Below are positions 1-8,562 of a DNA stretch of 62,196 nucleotides, in pieces. A program made the position numbers and the translations under genes. The stretch is from Desulfurivibrionaceae bacterium (lineage in GTDB: Bacteria > Desulfobacterota > Desulfobulbia > Desulfobulbales > SURF-16): positions 1 through 62,196 of the forward strand of contig JAVLBA010000006.1 of the NCBI GenBank assembly GCA_031581485.1. The letters run 5' to 3'. Positions within the stretch are counted from its first letter, which is position 1; each line of letters begins with the position of its first letter. The notes beneath the pieces are model-generated. The model had not been told where the DNA came from and did not search any database. It worked only from the letters and a program-made list of their open reading frames with translations.

Positions 1-479
1 ATGAGATCCGGCCTGAAGCCGGGCCGTTTCTCCGCCAGCATGGCCATCACCTTGATAAGGGCTGTGGGGGCATTGCCGATGGCAATGATGCCGATATTGT
101 CCTGGCTGGCCAGCTCCATGGCCGCCTGGGAACGGGTCCAGCCCCTTTCTCTGGCAAGTTCGGCGGTGTGCGGATCGCTTACCCGGCAGAGGACCTCGCC
201 GCCATGGTGGGCCAGAAGATGCCTGCTGATGCCGCTGGCCGCCATCTGCACATCGGTGAGGATATTGCGGCCGGCCCGGATGGCAGCCAGGCCGGCGGCC
301 ACCGCCTCAGGGCTGAAACGGATGTTGTCGGCAAAGGAGAAGTCGCCGGTGGCATGGATCACCCGCCGCACCAGGGCGAACTGTTCGGGGCTGAAGGCGT
401 GGGGGCCGAGCTCTGCTTCGATCATCCGGAAGCTTTCCGCCTCGATCTCCTGGGGCTTGATGTCGCGTATCTGGGGCAA
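1..479 (-). CDS. cbiC: Precorrin-8X/cobalt-precorrin-8 methylmutase (3' end runs off window)
   Basis: Not in ORF track. Manual minus-strand translation from TTG at 479 (GAGGA RBS upstream) gives PQIRDIKPQEIEAESFRMI..RRVIHATGDF..DVQMA..TRS..IGNAPTAL, the CbiC/CobH motifs; lies downstream of cbiK. Confidence 0.92.
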   Translation of the reverse strand, partial: MPQIRDIKPQEIEAESFRMIEAELGPHAFSPEQFALVRRVIHATGDFSFADNIRFSPEAVAAGLAAIRAGRNILTDVQMAASGISRHLLAHHGGEVLCRVSDPHTAELARERGWTRSQAAMELASQDNIGIIAIGNAPTALIKVMAMLAEKRPGFRPDL

Positions 480-583
480 GGTCGTTCCTCGTTACGGGCA
501 GGGAAAAAGGGGACCACCAAATCTCACAAAGAGAAGAAAGGGCGGCTCCCAAGTGTCTCCACGTTTCTAGCAAAGATTGCGCC

Positions 584-1564
584 TTAGCGCAATGTCACAG
601 CATGGTCCTGGGCAGCATCGCGGATATGGTCGACAAAGATGGCCGCCACCTGGTCATTGCTGCCCACTCCCTCAAGGACGGGGATGACCGTGAGGCCCTT
701 TTCGGTCAGCAGGCTCTTCCAGGAGTACCCCTCGTCGCTGGCCATGTCGTTTAAGGCATGGTCGCCGGCCACAATCATCAGGGGTTTGAGCAGCACCTTG
801 GCGACGTTGTCCCGCTTTAATTCGTGGGTCACATCAGTAAAACCAGGAAAGCCTTCGACGCCGCCCACGTAGGTCTTTACCTGCGGGTAGAGGCGGCGCA
901 TCACCTCCTGAAACTGGCTGAAGACGCCGGTGGAGTAATGGCCGTTGCCGTGGGCCATGTAGACCAGGGCGGCGCCGCTCTCGGCGGCCAGCTGGGCATC
1001 AGGGGCCAGGGCCTGGGCCAGGATCTTGATGTCTTCATTATAATCATGCTCCACTCCGTGGGTGCCGGTGAGGGGCCGACCCAAGGCCAGGGCATGGAAG
1101 GGCCGGTATTTGGCTTTGACGGTCTTGATGGAGGCCAGGCCATCCACATAGGCGCATAGATCGAGGAACTGCTCGGCATGGGCCATATGGGTGGGCTGGA
1201 CGATGAGGGCATTATAGCCCTGCTCCTGCAGGAGGCCCATGGTGGCCAGGATGCCCCGGACGTGGAGGACTTCGCTGGGTATTTCAGGATGGGCCGCCCC
1301 GAAATCAGGGTCAGCGGCGCGCTCCTGCCAGATATTGCGGACGATGTTGGATGTGAAGGCCAGGGCCACCGGGGTGTCCGGGAAGGCCGCTTTGACCTTG
1401 GCCTGGATATTGAGGATGGCGGCCAGGGCCTGGGGCTGGGTGGTGCCGAAGGAGGCGATGACAATAGCTGCCCTGCTCTCTTGGCCATACGGGTTGTCGC
1501 TGGCCGGGCAGAGGGTGGTGAGCAGCAGGAGGGAGGTGAAAATAAGCGCCTGGATGATTCTCAT
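584..1564 (-). CDS. cbiK: Sirohydrochlorin cobaltochelatase with N-terminal signal peptide (CbiK-P type)
   Basis: ASFGT, LAFTS, MAHG and VAGDHA motifs; ATG at 1564 preceded by AAGGAG; hydrophobic leader MRIIQALIFTSLLLLTTLCPA. Confidence 0.92.
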   Translation of the reverse strand: MRIIQALIFTSLLLLTTLCPASDNPYGQESRAAIVIASFGTTQPQALAAILNIQAKVKAAFPDTPVALAFTSNIVRNIWQERAADPDFGAAHPEIPSEVLHVRGILATMGLLQEQGYNALIVQPTHMAHAEQFLDLCAYVDGLASIKTVKAKYRPFHALALGRPLTGTHGVEHDYNEDIKILAQALAPDAQLAAESGAALVYMAHGNGHYSTGVFSQFQEVMRRLYPQVKTYVGGVEGFPGFTDVTHELKRDNVAKVLLKPLMIVAGDHALNDMASDEGYSWKSLLTEKGLTVIPVLEGVGSNDQVAAIFVDHIRDAAQDHAVTLR

Positions 1565-1721
1565 GGGATGAAGCTCCTTTTTTCCGAGGGTGAAAAATAA
1601 AAAAAACCGATTCCTCATAACTGTGAAGGATCGGCTCAGAAAAAAGGTGCATACTCAACCTGGCCAGACCCCTCTCCGCGGAGGTTTCCGGTTGCCCCTT
1701 ACCATTTAAGGAGGCAACACG

Positions 1722-1900
1722 TATCCAGGCAGGTCTCCTGACTTTTTTCAGTCGTGGCCGCCTTCCCATCCCTGCGGACAGTGGCTTTATGGCCAGACCA
1801 GATATCCTGCCTGACAGCAGGATAGAAAAATTACAGTGGCGGGACCGTTCCCGATTTGCACGGGATTCCCTATTATGCCCCTATAACGGGCACCTGAACA
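1722..1900 (-). ncRNA. Cobalamin riboswitch upstream of cbiK-cbiC
   Basis: Minus strand reads AGGTG..AATAGGGAA..CCGTGCAAATCGG..CCCGCCACTGTAA..GCCACTG..GGGAAGGC..AGTCAGGAGACCTGCC (B12 box). Boundaries approximate. Confidence 0.95.
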
Positions 1901-1907
1901 GGGTGTA

Positions 1908-1936
1908 TATGTACAAAATGGCAAAGGAGATGTCAA
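1908..1936 (-). promoter_or_regulatory. Sigma70-like promoter for the riboswitch/cbiK transcript
   Basis: TTGACA (1936-1931), 17-nt spacer, TACATA, directly 5' of the riboswitch. Confidence 0.6.
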
Positions 1937-2038
1937 GGGTGTTGCGGATTGGCGGGTGACCCTTTACTATGCCTTCTGTCCCGGACAGGGGTTCCTTATT
2001 ACTAACCTGGTGGAATTGTTCAGGCTCCCGGTTATAAA

Positions 2039-2472
2039 AAATGAATCGGCGGTTTTGACAACAACGGCCTCACCACAGAGGCACAGAGACACAGAGGGTT
2101 TTCCTCCGTGCCTTTGTGACTTGTGGTGAAAAAATATATGCATCACAAGGACGCAATGAGCTCCATTCCCATCATCCGGGGCCGCAAATGAATCGGCGGT
2201 TTTGATAACAAAAAACCTCACCACAGAGGCACAAAGACACAAAGGGTTTTTCTCCGTGCCTCTGTGCCTCTGTGGTGAAAAAACATGTATCACAGGGACG
2301 CAATGAGCTTCATTCCCATCATCCGGGGCCGCAAATGAATCGGCGGTTTTGATAACAAAAAACCTCACCACAAAGGCACAAAGACACAAAGGGTTTTTCT
2401 CTGTGCCTCTGTGTCTCTGTGGTGAAAAAAATATGCATCACTGGGACGCAATGAGCCCCATCATCATCCGGG
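2039..2472. repeat. About 3 tandem 147-bp units, each with a REP-like palindrome
   Basis: ATGAATCGGCGGTTTTGA at 2041, 2188, 2335; each unit holds TCACCACA(G/A)AGGCACA(G/A)AGACACA..TGTGGTGA inverted arms. Confidence 0.95.
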
Positions 2473-2487
2473 TAATCAGATAGAAAA

Positions 2488-3831
2488 ATGTCTTCATCCT
2501 TTCTCATCGCCGGCACCCATTCCGGCTGCGGCAAAACCACCGTTACTCTGGGTCTCATGGCGGCCCTGCGTCAGCTGGGGCACGGGGTGCAGCCCTTCAA
2601 GTGCGGCCCTGATTTCATCGATCCCACCCTCCATGGCGTGGTGTGCGGGGAGGTGAGCCGCAACCTGGATCTGCGCATGTGCGGCGCTGCTTTTGTCCGG
2701 CAGCTCTTTAATGGTCATCCGGCCCCGGTGCGGGTGGTGGAGGGGGTGATGGGGCTCTTTGACGGCGGCCCCGCCTCGGCCGCCTCCCTGGCCAAGGAGC
2801 TTGCCCTGCCCGTGGTGCTGGTGGTGGATGTGCGCTCTGCTGCTGAAAGCGTGGCTGCCGTGGTCAAGGGCTTCAGTGAGCTGGACCCGGAGGTGCGGTT
2901 GGTGGGGGTGATTTTTAACCGGATCGGCAGCCCCCGCCATCTGGAGCTGGTCCAGGGTGCGGTGGAGCGCTTTTGCCGGGTGCCGGTCCTGGGCTATCTG
3001 CCCCGGGATACGGAGTTTGCCATCCCGGAACGCCATCTTGGCCTCCATATGGGGGAGGACGCACTTTTGGCGGAGACCATCAACCGCCTGGCGGCCACCA
3101 TCCGCCACTATGTGGATGTGGAGAGGCTGCTGGCCTTGAGCCGGGATGACGGACCGGGGCCGGCAACGGGCCCTGGTGGCCAGACCGCCTCCCTGACCGG
3201 ACCCAGAAGGCGCCTGGCCGTGGCCCGGGACCAGGCCTTTTGTTTCTATTATCAGGATAATCTGGATCTTTTTGCAGAGGCCGGTCTGGAGCTGGTCTTT
3301 TTCAGCCCCCTCCACGATGAGGAGCTGCCCCCGGAGATCAGCGGGGTCTATCTGGGCGGTGGCTATCCCGAGCTTTTCGGGGCTGAACTGGCCGCCAATG
3401 TCCGGATGCGCGCCGCCCTGAAGGAGTGGTCGGCCCGGGGCGGCATCCTTTATGGTGAGTGTGGTGGCTTCATGTATCTTACTCAAGGTATTGTTGATCA
3501 TGACGGTGCCTATCACGAGATGGTAGGGGCCTTTCCGGTGTGGGCCACCATGGCCAAGCGCCTGCGCAGTCTTGGTTATCGGGAGGCCACTCTGGTGGAT
3601 GACAGTCTGTGGGGTGAAAAGGGTAATGTTGTGCGTGGTCACGAATTTCATTACTCGGAGATTGATCAGATGCCTGCGGAGATTGCCCGGGTCTACCAGT
3701 TGCAAGATGGCCGCGCTGAAGGGTATCAGCTGCGCAACACCCTGGGCGGCTATCTCCATCTTCATTTTGGTGGCACGCCAGGGGCGGTGGCGTGGTTTGC
3801 CGGACGTTTGGCTGATGACAAGAGGAAATAA
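2488..3831 (+). CDS. cbiA: Cobyrinate a,c-diamide synthase
   Basis: SGCGKTT P-loop, FKCGPDFID, EGVMGLFDG, PERHLGL, GGGYPEL, ECGG, GHEFHYS, YLHLH. Confidence 0.97.
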   Translation: MSSSFLIAGTHSGCGKTTVTLGLMAALRQLGHGVQPFKCGPDFIDPTLHGVVCGEVSRNLDLRMCGAAFVRQLFNGHPAPVRVVEGVMGLFDGGPASAASLAKELALPVVLVVDVRSAAESVAAVVKGFSELDPEVRLVGVIFNRIGSPRHLELVQGAVERFCRVPVLGYLPRDTEFAIPERHLGLHMGEDALLAETINRLAATIRHYVDVERLLALSRDDGPGPATGPGGQTASLTGPRRRLAVARDQAFCFYYQDNLDLFAEAGLELVFFSPLHDEELPPEISGVYLGGGYPELFGAELAANVRMRAALKEWSARGGILYGECGGFMYLTQGIVDHDGAYHEMVGAFPVWATMAKRLRSLGYREATLVDDSLWGEKGNVVRGHEFHYSEIDQMPAEIARVYQLQDGRAEGYQLRNTLGGYLHLHFGGTPGAVAWFAGRLADDKRK

Positions 3832-3925
3832 ATTTCACCACAAAGACATTCTTTTCAATACCCCCTTGAGGGGTACAAAGGCACAAAGAAAAAAACTCTG
3901 TGTCTCTGTGTCTTTGTGGTGAAAT
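3832..3925. repeat. Solo copy of the REP-like palindrome with a 27-nt insertion in its left arm
   Basis: ATTTCACCACAAAGAC[3848-3874 insert]ACAAAGGCACAAAG..CTCTGTGTCTCTGTGTCTTTGTGGTGAAAT. Confidence 0.9.
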
Positions 3926-3950
3926 AGTCTTGGTGTGATACTTACTTATT

Positions 3951-4991
3951 ATGACAACTCTTTTTTCAAATAACCGGCCGCCCTATGTCATGATCACCAC
4001 GCTCAGCCTGGTCTTGCTGCTGGCCATTCTTCTTTCGGCGGGCATGGGCTATCTGGCCATCACTCCCCTGGAGGTGGCCCAGATCATCTGGGCCAGGATA
4101 AGCGGCGCCTCTCTGCCGGCCGGGCTTGACCCCACTTTCGGCTATGTGGTCTGGGATGTCCGCCTGCCCCGCATCCTCACCGCCGTCCTGGTGGGGGGCT
4201 CCCTGGCCGTGGCCGGGGTACTGTTTCAGGCCATCCTCCTTAATCCCCTGGCCGATCCCTACACCCTGGGGGTCTCCTCCGGGGCCGCTTTCGGCGCCTC
4301 CCTGGCCCTGCTCATTAATATTGCCTTTATCAGTGTCTACTCAGTGCCCCTCTTTGCCTTTGTGGGCGCGGTGGCCACCCTCTTTGTCGTTTTGGCCCTG
4401 GCCTCGGTGGACGGCCGGTTGGGCACCAGCAGCCTGATCCTCTCCGGGGTCATTGTTGCGGCCATTTTGTCGGCCGGCATCGGCTTTATCAAGCATCTGG
4501 CCGACGAGCAGGTGGCGGTGATCATCTTCTGGCTCATGGGCAGCTTTGCCTCCCGCACCTGGCCTCATGTCGGGCTGGTGCTGGGGGCGGCGGTGGCTGG
4601 TCTGCTTATCGCCTTTTATTATGGCCGCGATCTCAACATCATGGCCCTGGGGCAGCGCAGCTCCGACTCCTTGGGGGTGGACACCGCCCGCACCCGTAAG
4701 ATCCTGCTGGTGGTGGGGTCGCTGGTCACGGCCACCTGCGTCTCCGTCTCTGGGATCATCGGCTTTATCGGCCTGATCACCCCTCATCTGATGCGCTTTA
4801 TTGTCGGCCCTGATAATCGGAAGCTGGTGCCGGTCTCCTTTCTGGCCGGGGCCATTTTGCTGCTGGGGGCCGATACCCTGACCCGGGCCGTGCTGCCCTC
4901 TGAGGTGCCCATCGGCGTACTCACCGCCCTCATTGGCGGTCCTTTTTTCTGCTATATCTTCAGGAGGAAACAGCTCCATGCCCTTTCTTGA
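3951..4991 (+). CDS. FecCD/BtuC-family ABC transporter permease
   Basis: RLPRIL, NPLADPYTLGVSSGA, FWLMGS, GIIGFIGL..PH, EVPIGVLTALIGGPFF. Confidence 0.95.
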   Translation: MTTLFSNNRPPYVMITTLSLVLLLAILLSAGMGYLAITPLEVAQIIWARISGASLPAGLDPTFGYVVWDVRLPRILTAVLVGGSLAVAGVLFQAILLNPLADPYTLGVSSGAAFGASLALLINIAFISVYSVPLFAFVGAVATLFVVLALASVDGRLGTSSLILSGVIVAAILSAGIGFIKHLADEQVAVIIFWLMGSFASRTWPHVGLVLGAAVAGLLIAFYYGRDLNIMALGQRSSDSLGVDTARTRKILLVVGSLVTATCVSVSGIIGFIGLITPHLMRFIVGPDNRKLVPVSFLAGAILLLGADTLTRAVLPSEVPIGVLTALIGGPFFCYIFRRKQLHALS

Positions 4992-5766
4992 GGCCCGCCG
5001 GCTATCCTATGCCTATGGGGAGCGGCAGGTGTTGCGGGATGTCAGCCTCGCCCTTAAAGGCGGCCGTTTCTATGGCCTGCTGGGCCCAAACGGCAGCGGC
5101 AAGACCACGCTCCTTGATCTGCTCATTGCCAACCGCCAGCCCGCCGCCGGTACCATTTCTCTCCAAGGCCGGGAGCTTTGCAGTTATTCCCGGCCGGATC
5201 TGGCCCGGCAGATGGCCTTGGTGCCCCAGGAGTTTGGCCTTGGTTTTGATTTCCAGGTAGGGGAGGTGGTCCTCATGGGCCGCCACCCCCACATCCCCAG
5301 GTTCGCCACCCCGGGTCTTAAGGATCTGGCCCTGAGCCGACGGGCCATGGCGGATCTGGGCGTGGAACATCTCCAGGAGCGTCTGATGACGGCCCTCTCC
5401 GGCGGCGAAAAGCAGCGGGTGGTGGCGGCCCGGGCCCTGGCCCAGGATACGCCGCTGCTCATTATGGATGAGGCCACCGCCAATCTCGATATCCGGCACA
5501 CCATTCAGATCTTTCAGGTGGCGCGGCGCAAGGTGGAGGCAGGGGGCATTGTGCTGGCCGCCATCCATGACCTCAATCTGGCCGCAGCCTTTTGTGACGA
5601 GATATTTTTGCTTAAGGAGGGGGCCCTCCGGGCCGCGGGCAGGCCTGAGGAAATCCTGGTGCCTGCCATGATTGATGAGGTGTATGGCATTCCCTGTCAG
5701 GCCGCTTTTAATGATTTTAACCGCAGCCACCAGATTTCCTTCCAGTGGCGACAGGAGAGACCTTGA
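4978..5766 (+). CDS. BtuD/FecE-family ABC ATP-binding protein
   Basis: GPNGSGKTT, LSGGEKQR, MDEATANLD, HDLN; AGGAGG before ATG 4978. Confidence 0.95.
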   Translation: MPFLEARRLSYAYGERQVLRDVSLALKGGRFYGLLGPNGSGKTTLLDLLIANRQPAAGTISLQGRELCSYSRPDLARQMALVPQEFGLGFDFQVGEVVLMGRHPHIPRFATPGLKDLALSRRAMADLGVEHLQERLMTALSGGEKQRVVAARALAQDTPLLIMDEATANLDIRHTIQIFQVARRKVEAGGIVLAAIHDLNLAAAFCDEIFLLKEGALRAAGRPEEILVPAMIDEVYGIPCQAAFNDFNRSHQISFQWRQERP

Positions 5767-6722
5767 TGACGAAACTTCTCGTGCAGCTCTTTGTATGCCT
5801 TACCCTGCTCGGCCTGCCCGGCTGGGGGATGGCAGCCGAGTTTGTCGATGATAATGGCCGGACCATTCGTTTTGATAAACCCTTCAGTCGCATTATCTCC
5901 CTCTATGCGGCCCACACCGAGAATCTCTTCAGCCTGGGACTGGCCGCCGAGATCATCGGGGTGGCCAGGAATGATGATTTTCCGGCCGCGGCCCGCACTA
6001 AGAGGAAATTCCACTACCGGGAGGATGCGGAAAAGTTTATTGCGGCCCGGCCCGATCTGGTTCTTGTCCGGCCCATGATCATGCGCTCCTATCCCCACCT
6101 CATGGAACAGCTGGCCCAGGCCGGCATCCAGGTGGTTTCTCTGCAGCCCACCTCCGTTTCTGAGATGTTCTCCTACTGGCATCAGCTGGGCCTGCTCACT
6201 GGCCGCCAGTCAGAGGCCAGGGCCATGGAGGCCCGCTTTCAGCAGGAATGGGCCGCCCTGGCCGGCCACACCGCTGCCCTGGAGCCAGGCCAGCGGCAGA
6301 GGGTCTATTTTGAGGCCATTCACCGCCGGATGAAGACCTTCATGCCCACCTCCCTGGCCATCTTCGCCCTGGAGAGCGCCGGCGGCATCAATATTGCCGC
6401 TGATGCCGGTCAGGTGCGCAGCACCAACATCGCCTATTACGGCAAGGAACGGATCCTGGCCAAGGGGGGCGATATTGACGTCTTTCTGGCCCAGCAGGGG
6501 GTGATGAACCGGGTCGATGAGGAATTGATCAGGCAGGAGCCGGGCTTCATGGCCATCAAGGCCGTTCAGGAGGGCCGGATCTGTTTCATTGATGAAAAAC
6601 TTGTTTCCCGGCCCACCCTGCGGCTTCTTGAGGGGATCAGGCAGATCGGCGGAATGCTCTATCCGGAATTCTTTCAGGAATTATCAGGGAGTGGTCATGC
6701 AAAACAGTCACAGGAGTCGTAG
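5766..6722 (+). CDS. Periplasmic substrate-binding protein (BtuF-like)
   Basis: Signal peptide, DDNGR..RIISL..TE, PDLVL, SRPTLR; TGATG coupling with the ATPase gene. Confidence 0.92.
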   Translation: MTKLLVQLFVCLTLLGLPGWGMAAEFVDDNGRTIRFDKPFSRIISLYAAHTENLFSLGLAAEIIGVARNDDFPAAARTKRKFHYREDAEKFIAARPDLVLVRPMIMRSYPHLMEQLAQAGIQVVSLQPTSVSEMFSYWHQLGLLTGRQSEARAMEARFQQEWAALAGHTAALEPGQRQRVYFEAIHRRMKTFMPTSLAIFALESAGGINIAADAGQVRSTNIAYYGKERILAKGGDIDVFLAQQGVMNRVDEELIRQEPGFMAIKAVQEGRICFIDEKLVSRPTLRLLEGIRQIGGMLYPEFFQELSGSGHAKQSQES

Positions 6723-7083
6723 CCGCAATAACACGATCATCTTTATCACGGCCGGGGCCATTCTCCTGCTGGTCTTTCTTTCCGGGCAGATAGGGCCGGA
6801 CGGCAGGGTGGTGAAGATCAGTGTGGGGGATCCCTCTTATCAGGTGGCCAATATGCTGAGCCGGGAGGGCATTGCCTTTGCTCCCCTGACTGACAAGGAA
6901 GGGGTGGTGGTGGCCTATACCCCTCACTCGCCCTGGGTGCGCCTCAGCAAAAAAGGGGCGGGCAGCTCCTATGAGATCCATTTCGACGATAATAAGGTGG
7001 TGGATATTGTCTGGCGGGATCGGCACGGCAATGAGCTGGGCCGTCGCCTCTTTGTGGAGATCGGGGTCGGTCCGGAGGGGTGA
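6697..7083 (+). CDS. Hypothetical protein with N-terminal membrane anchor
   Basis: GGGAG RBS before ATG 6697; overlaps end of binding-protein gene; basic N-terminus plus a hydrophobic helix. Confidence 0.7.
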   Translation: MQNSHRSRSRNNTIIFITAGAILLLVFLSGQIGPDGRVVKISVGDPSYQVANMLSREGIAFAPLTDKEGVVVAYTPHSPWVRLSKKGAGSSYEIHFDDNKVVDIVWRDRHGNELGRRLFVEIGVGPEG

Positions 7084-7124
7084 TTGTCCCTTGGGCTGGG
7101 CCCGTGGGGCAGGGGAGTTCCTCA

Positions 7125-8009
7125 CTATGTGGTGGTGGCCCGGGCTATCATCTCGGCAAAGGCCTGGTAGTGGGGGGGCAGGCTGCGCTTTTCATGACGC
7201 AGCAGATAAAAACTGCGTCTCATGGGTGCGCCGCCCAGGGGGATCTCCTGCAGGCTGCCGGCTGCCAATTCTTCGCTGATGGCCATCCTGGAGAGAATGG
7301 AGACGCCCAGACCGGCCTTGATGGCCTCCTTGATGGCGGCAGTGGAGCCCAGGGTGGCGGCAATCTGCATCTTGTTCAATTCTATCCCCCTTTCTTTAAG
7401 AAATTCTTCCGCAACCATACGCGTGCCTGAGCCCTGCTCCCGTTGCAGGAAAGGCATGTCCTCAAGATTGCCCTGCCGCCATTGGCTGGCCAGCTCCGCA
7501 CGGGCGGCGCAGAGTAATTCATCTTCAAAGAAGGGGTGGAGGGTGATCTGTTTCTGGTCAAGGGGGGCGCCCACCACCCCCAACAGCAGGGCGTGGCCGG
7601 CAATCATTTCCGCGATCAGGGCACTGTCATGGATCTGGATCTCAAAAGAGACCTTTGGGTATTCTTTTTTGAAGCGGGCGGCAAGGAGGGGCAGCAGGTA
7701 GGTGCCGGGAATGGTGGAGGCCCCGATGATCAGGTGGCCGCAGATGGTGCTGCCGGCCTCCTTCAAGAGGTCGGGAATGGCAGCCATCTCCTCGATGATC
7801 TGCAGTGCTTTGGGGAGGAGCACTTCTGCCTGGGGGGTGGGTATGATGGAACGGCCCAGCCGGTCAAAGAGCCGGCAGTCAAGCTCCTGTTCCAGATTCT
7901 TGATGTGCTCGCTGATGGTGGGCTGGCTGATATGCAGTTTTTCAGAGGCCCGCGAAAAACTGCGCTCTTGATACACAGCGGCAAAAATTTTCAAGTGGTG
8001 AATGTCCAT
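7125..8009 (-). CDS. LysR-family regulator (CysL-like subfamily)
   Basis: HTH SFSRASEKLHISQPTIS..LFDR; IGASTIPG, REQGSGTR. Confidence 0.95.
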   Translation of the reverse strand: MDIHHLKIFAAVYQERSFSRASEKLHISQPTISEHIKNLEQELDCRLFDRLGRSIIPTPQAEVLLPKALQIIEEMAAIPDLLKEAGSTICGHLIIGASTIPGTYLLPLLAARFKKEYPKVSFEIQIHDSALIAEMIAGHALLLGVVGAPLDQKQITLHPFFEDELLCAARAELASQWRQGNLEDMPFLQREQGSGTRMVAEEFLKERGIELNKMQIAATLGSTAAIKEAIKAGLGVSILSRMAISEELAAGSLQEIPLGGAPMRRSFYLLRHEKRSLPPHYQAFAEMIARATTT

Positions 8010-8421
8010 GGCTGGGCATAGTAATAGAAAGTGGTTTGATAATGAAGGAAAAAAGAAAACAGGTAGTAGTGGGCGGTTCAGATTCCTAACATTTTTTTCA
8101 AGAAAGATTATTTCCGGGTCCTTCCTTTGGAGGAGGATTCCCTGTCGATCCCCGTGGCTGCGCTCCCTGGCCTTTAATTAAAAAAACATGCCAGGAATGG
8201 CGACTTTATTTTTTTTGCAATCAAGAGTAAATATGAGCAAATGAGAGCAAAAAGGCGTAAATGGGAACGTTAAGAATTTCGTTAAAAGGTGGGAGAAGGA
8301 GAGGGATGGGCCCTAAGGCCCTATTGTCGCGACCTTTTTTTTGTGGATGCAAAAAGCGCGTAATTTGGCTCAAATAGCAAGGGCGGTGTGCCGAATTCAA
8401 GTCAGTAGCCTGTCTCCAGTC

Positions 8422-8497
8422 TGTTGATAACTCAATCCTTTTTTTTCGATTTTCCGCGGTAACCGGCTTTGACACTCCTCCTCATTCTGACTAAAAG
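8422..8497 (+). promoter_or_regulatory. Putative dnaA promoter with one upstream DnaA-box-like 9-mer
   Basis: TGTTGATAA at 8422-8430 (1 mismatch to consensus); TTGACA near 8469 with 17-nt spacer to TAAAAG. Confidence 0.45.
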
Positions 8498-8562
8498 AGT
8501 TGCAACAATTTTAGACCGTTTCAGCATTACAAACCTTCATTGATCTCCGCGAGTTTATATCT

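Noticed and set aside
1-570. Plus-strand ORFs at window start
   Set aside because: Antisense to the clearly recognisable cbiC.
1967-2389. Minus-strand repeat-protein ORF (LCLCASVV repeats)
   Set aside because: Open only because the 147-bp unit is a multiple of 3; it is translation of the palindrome, with no convincing start signal.
2039-2472. CRISPR array
   Set aside because: Sequences between hairpins are near-identical rather than unique spacers, the period is too long, and no cas genes are present.
8010-8562. Chromosomal origin oriC beside dnaA
   Set aside because: Only one 1-mismatch and one 2-mismatch DnaA box seen, with no box cluster or origin-linked genes; GC-skew analysis would be needed.
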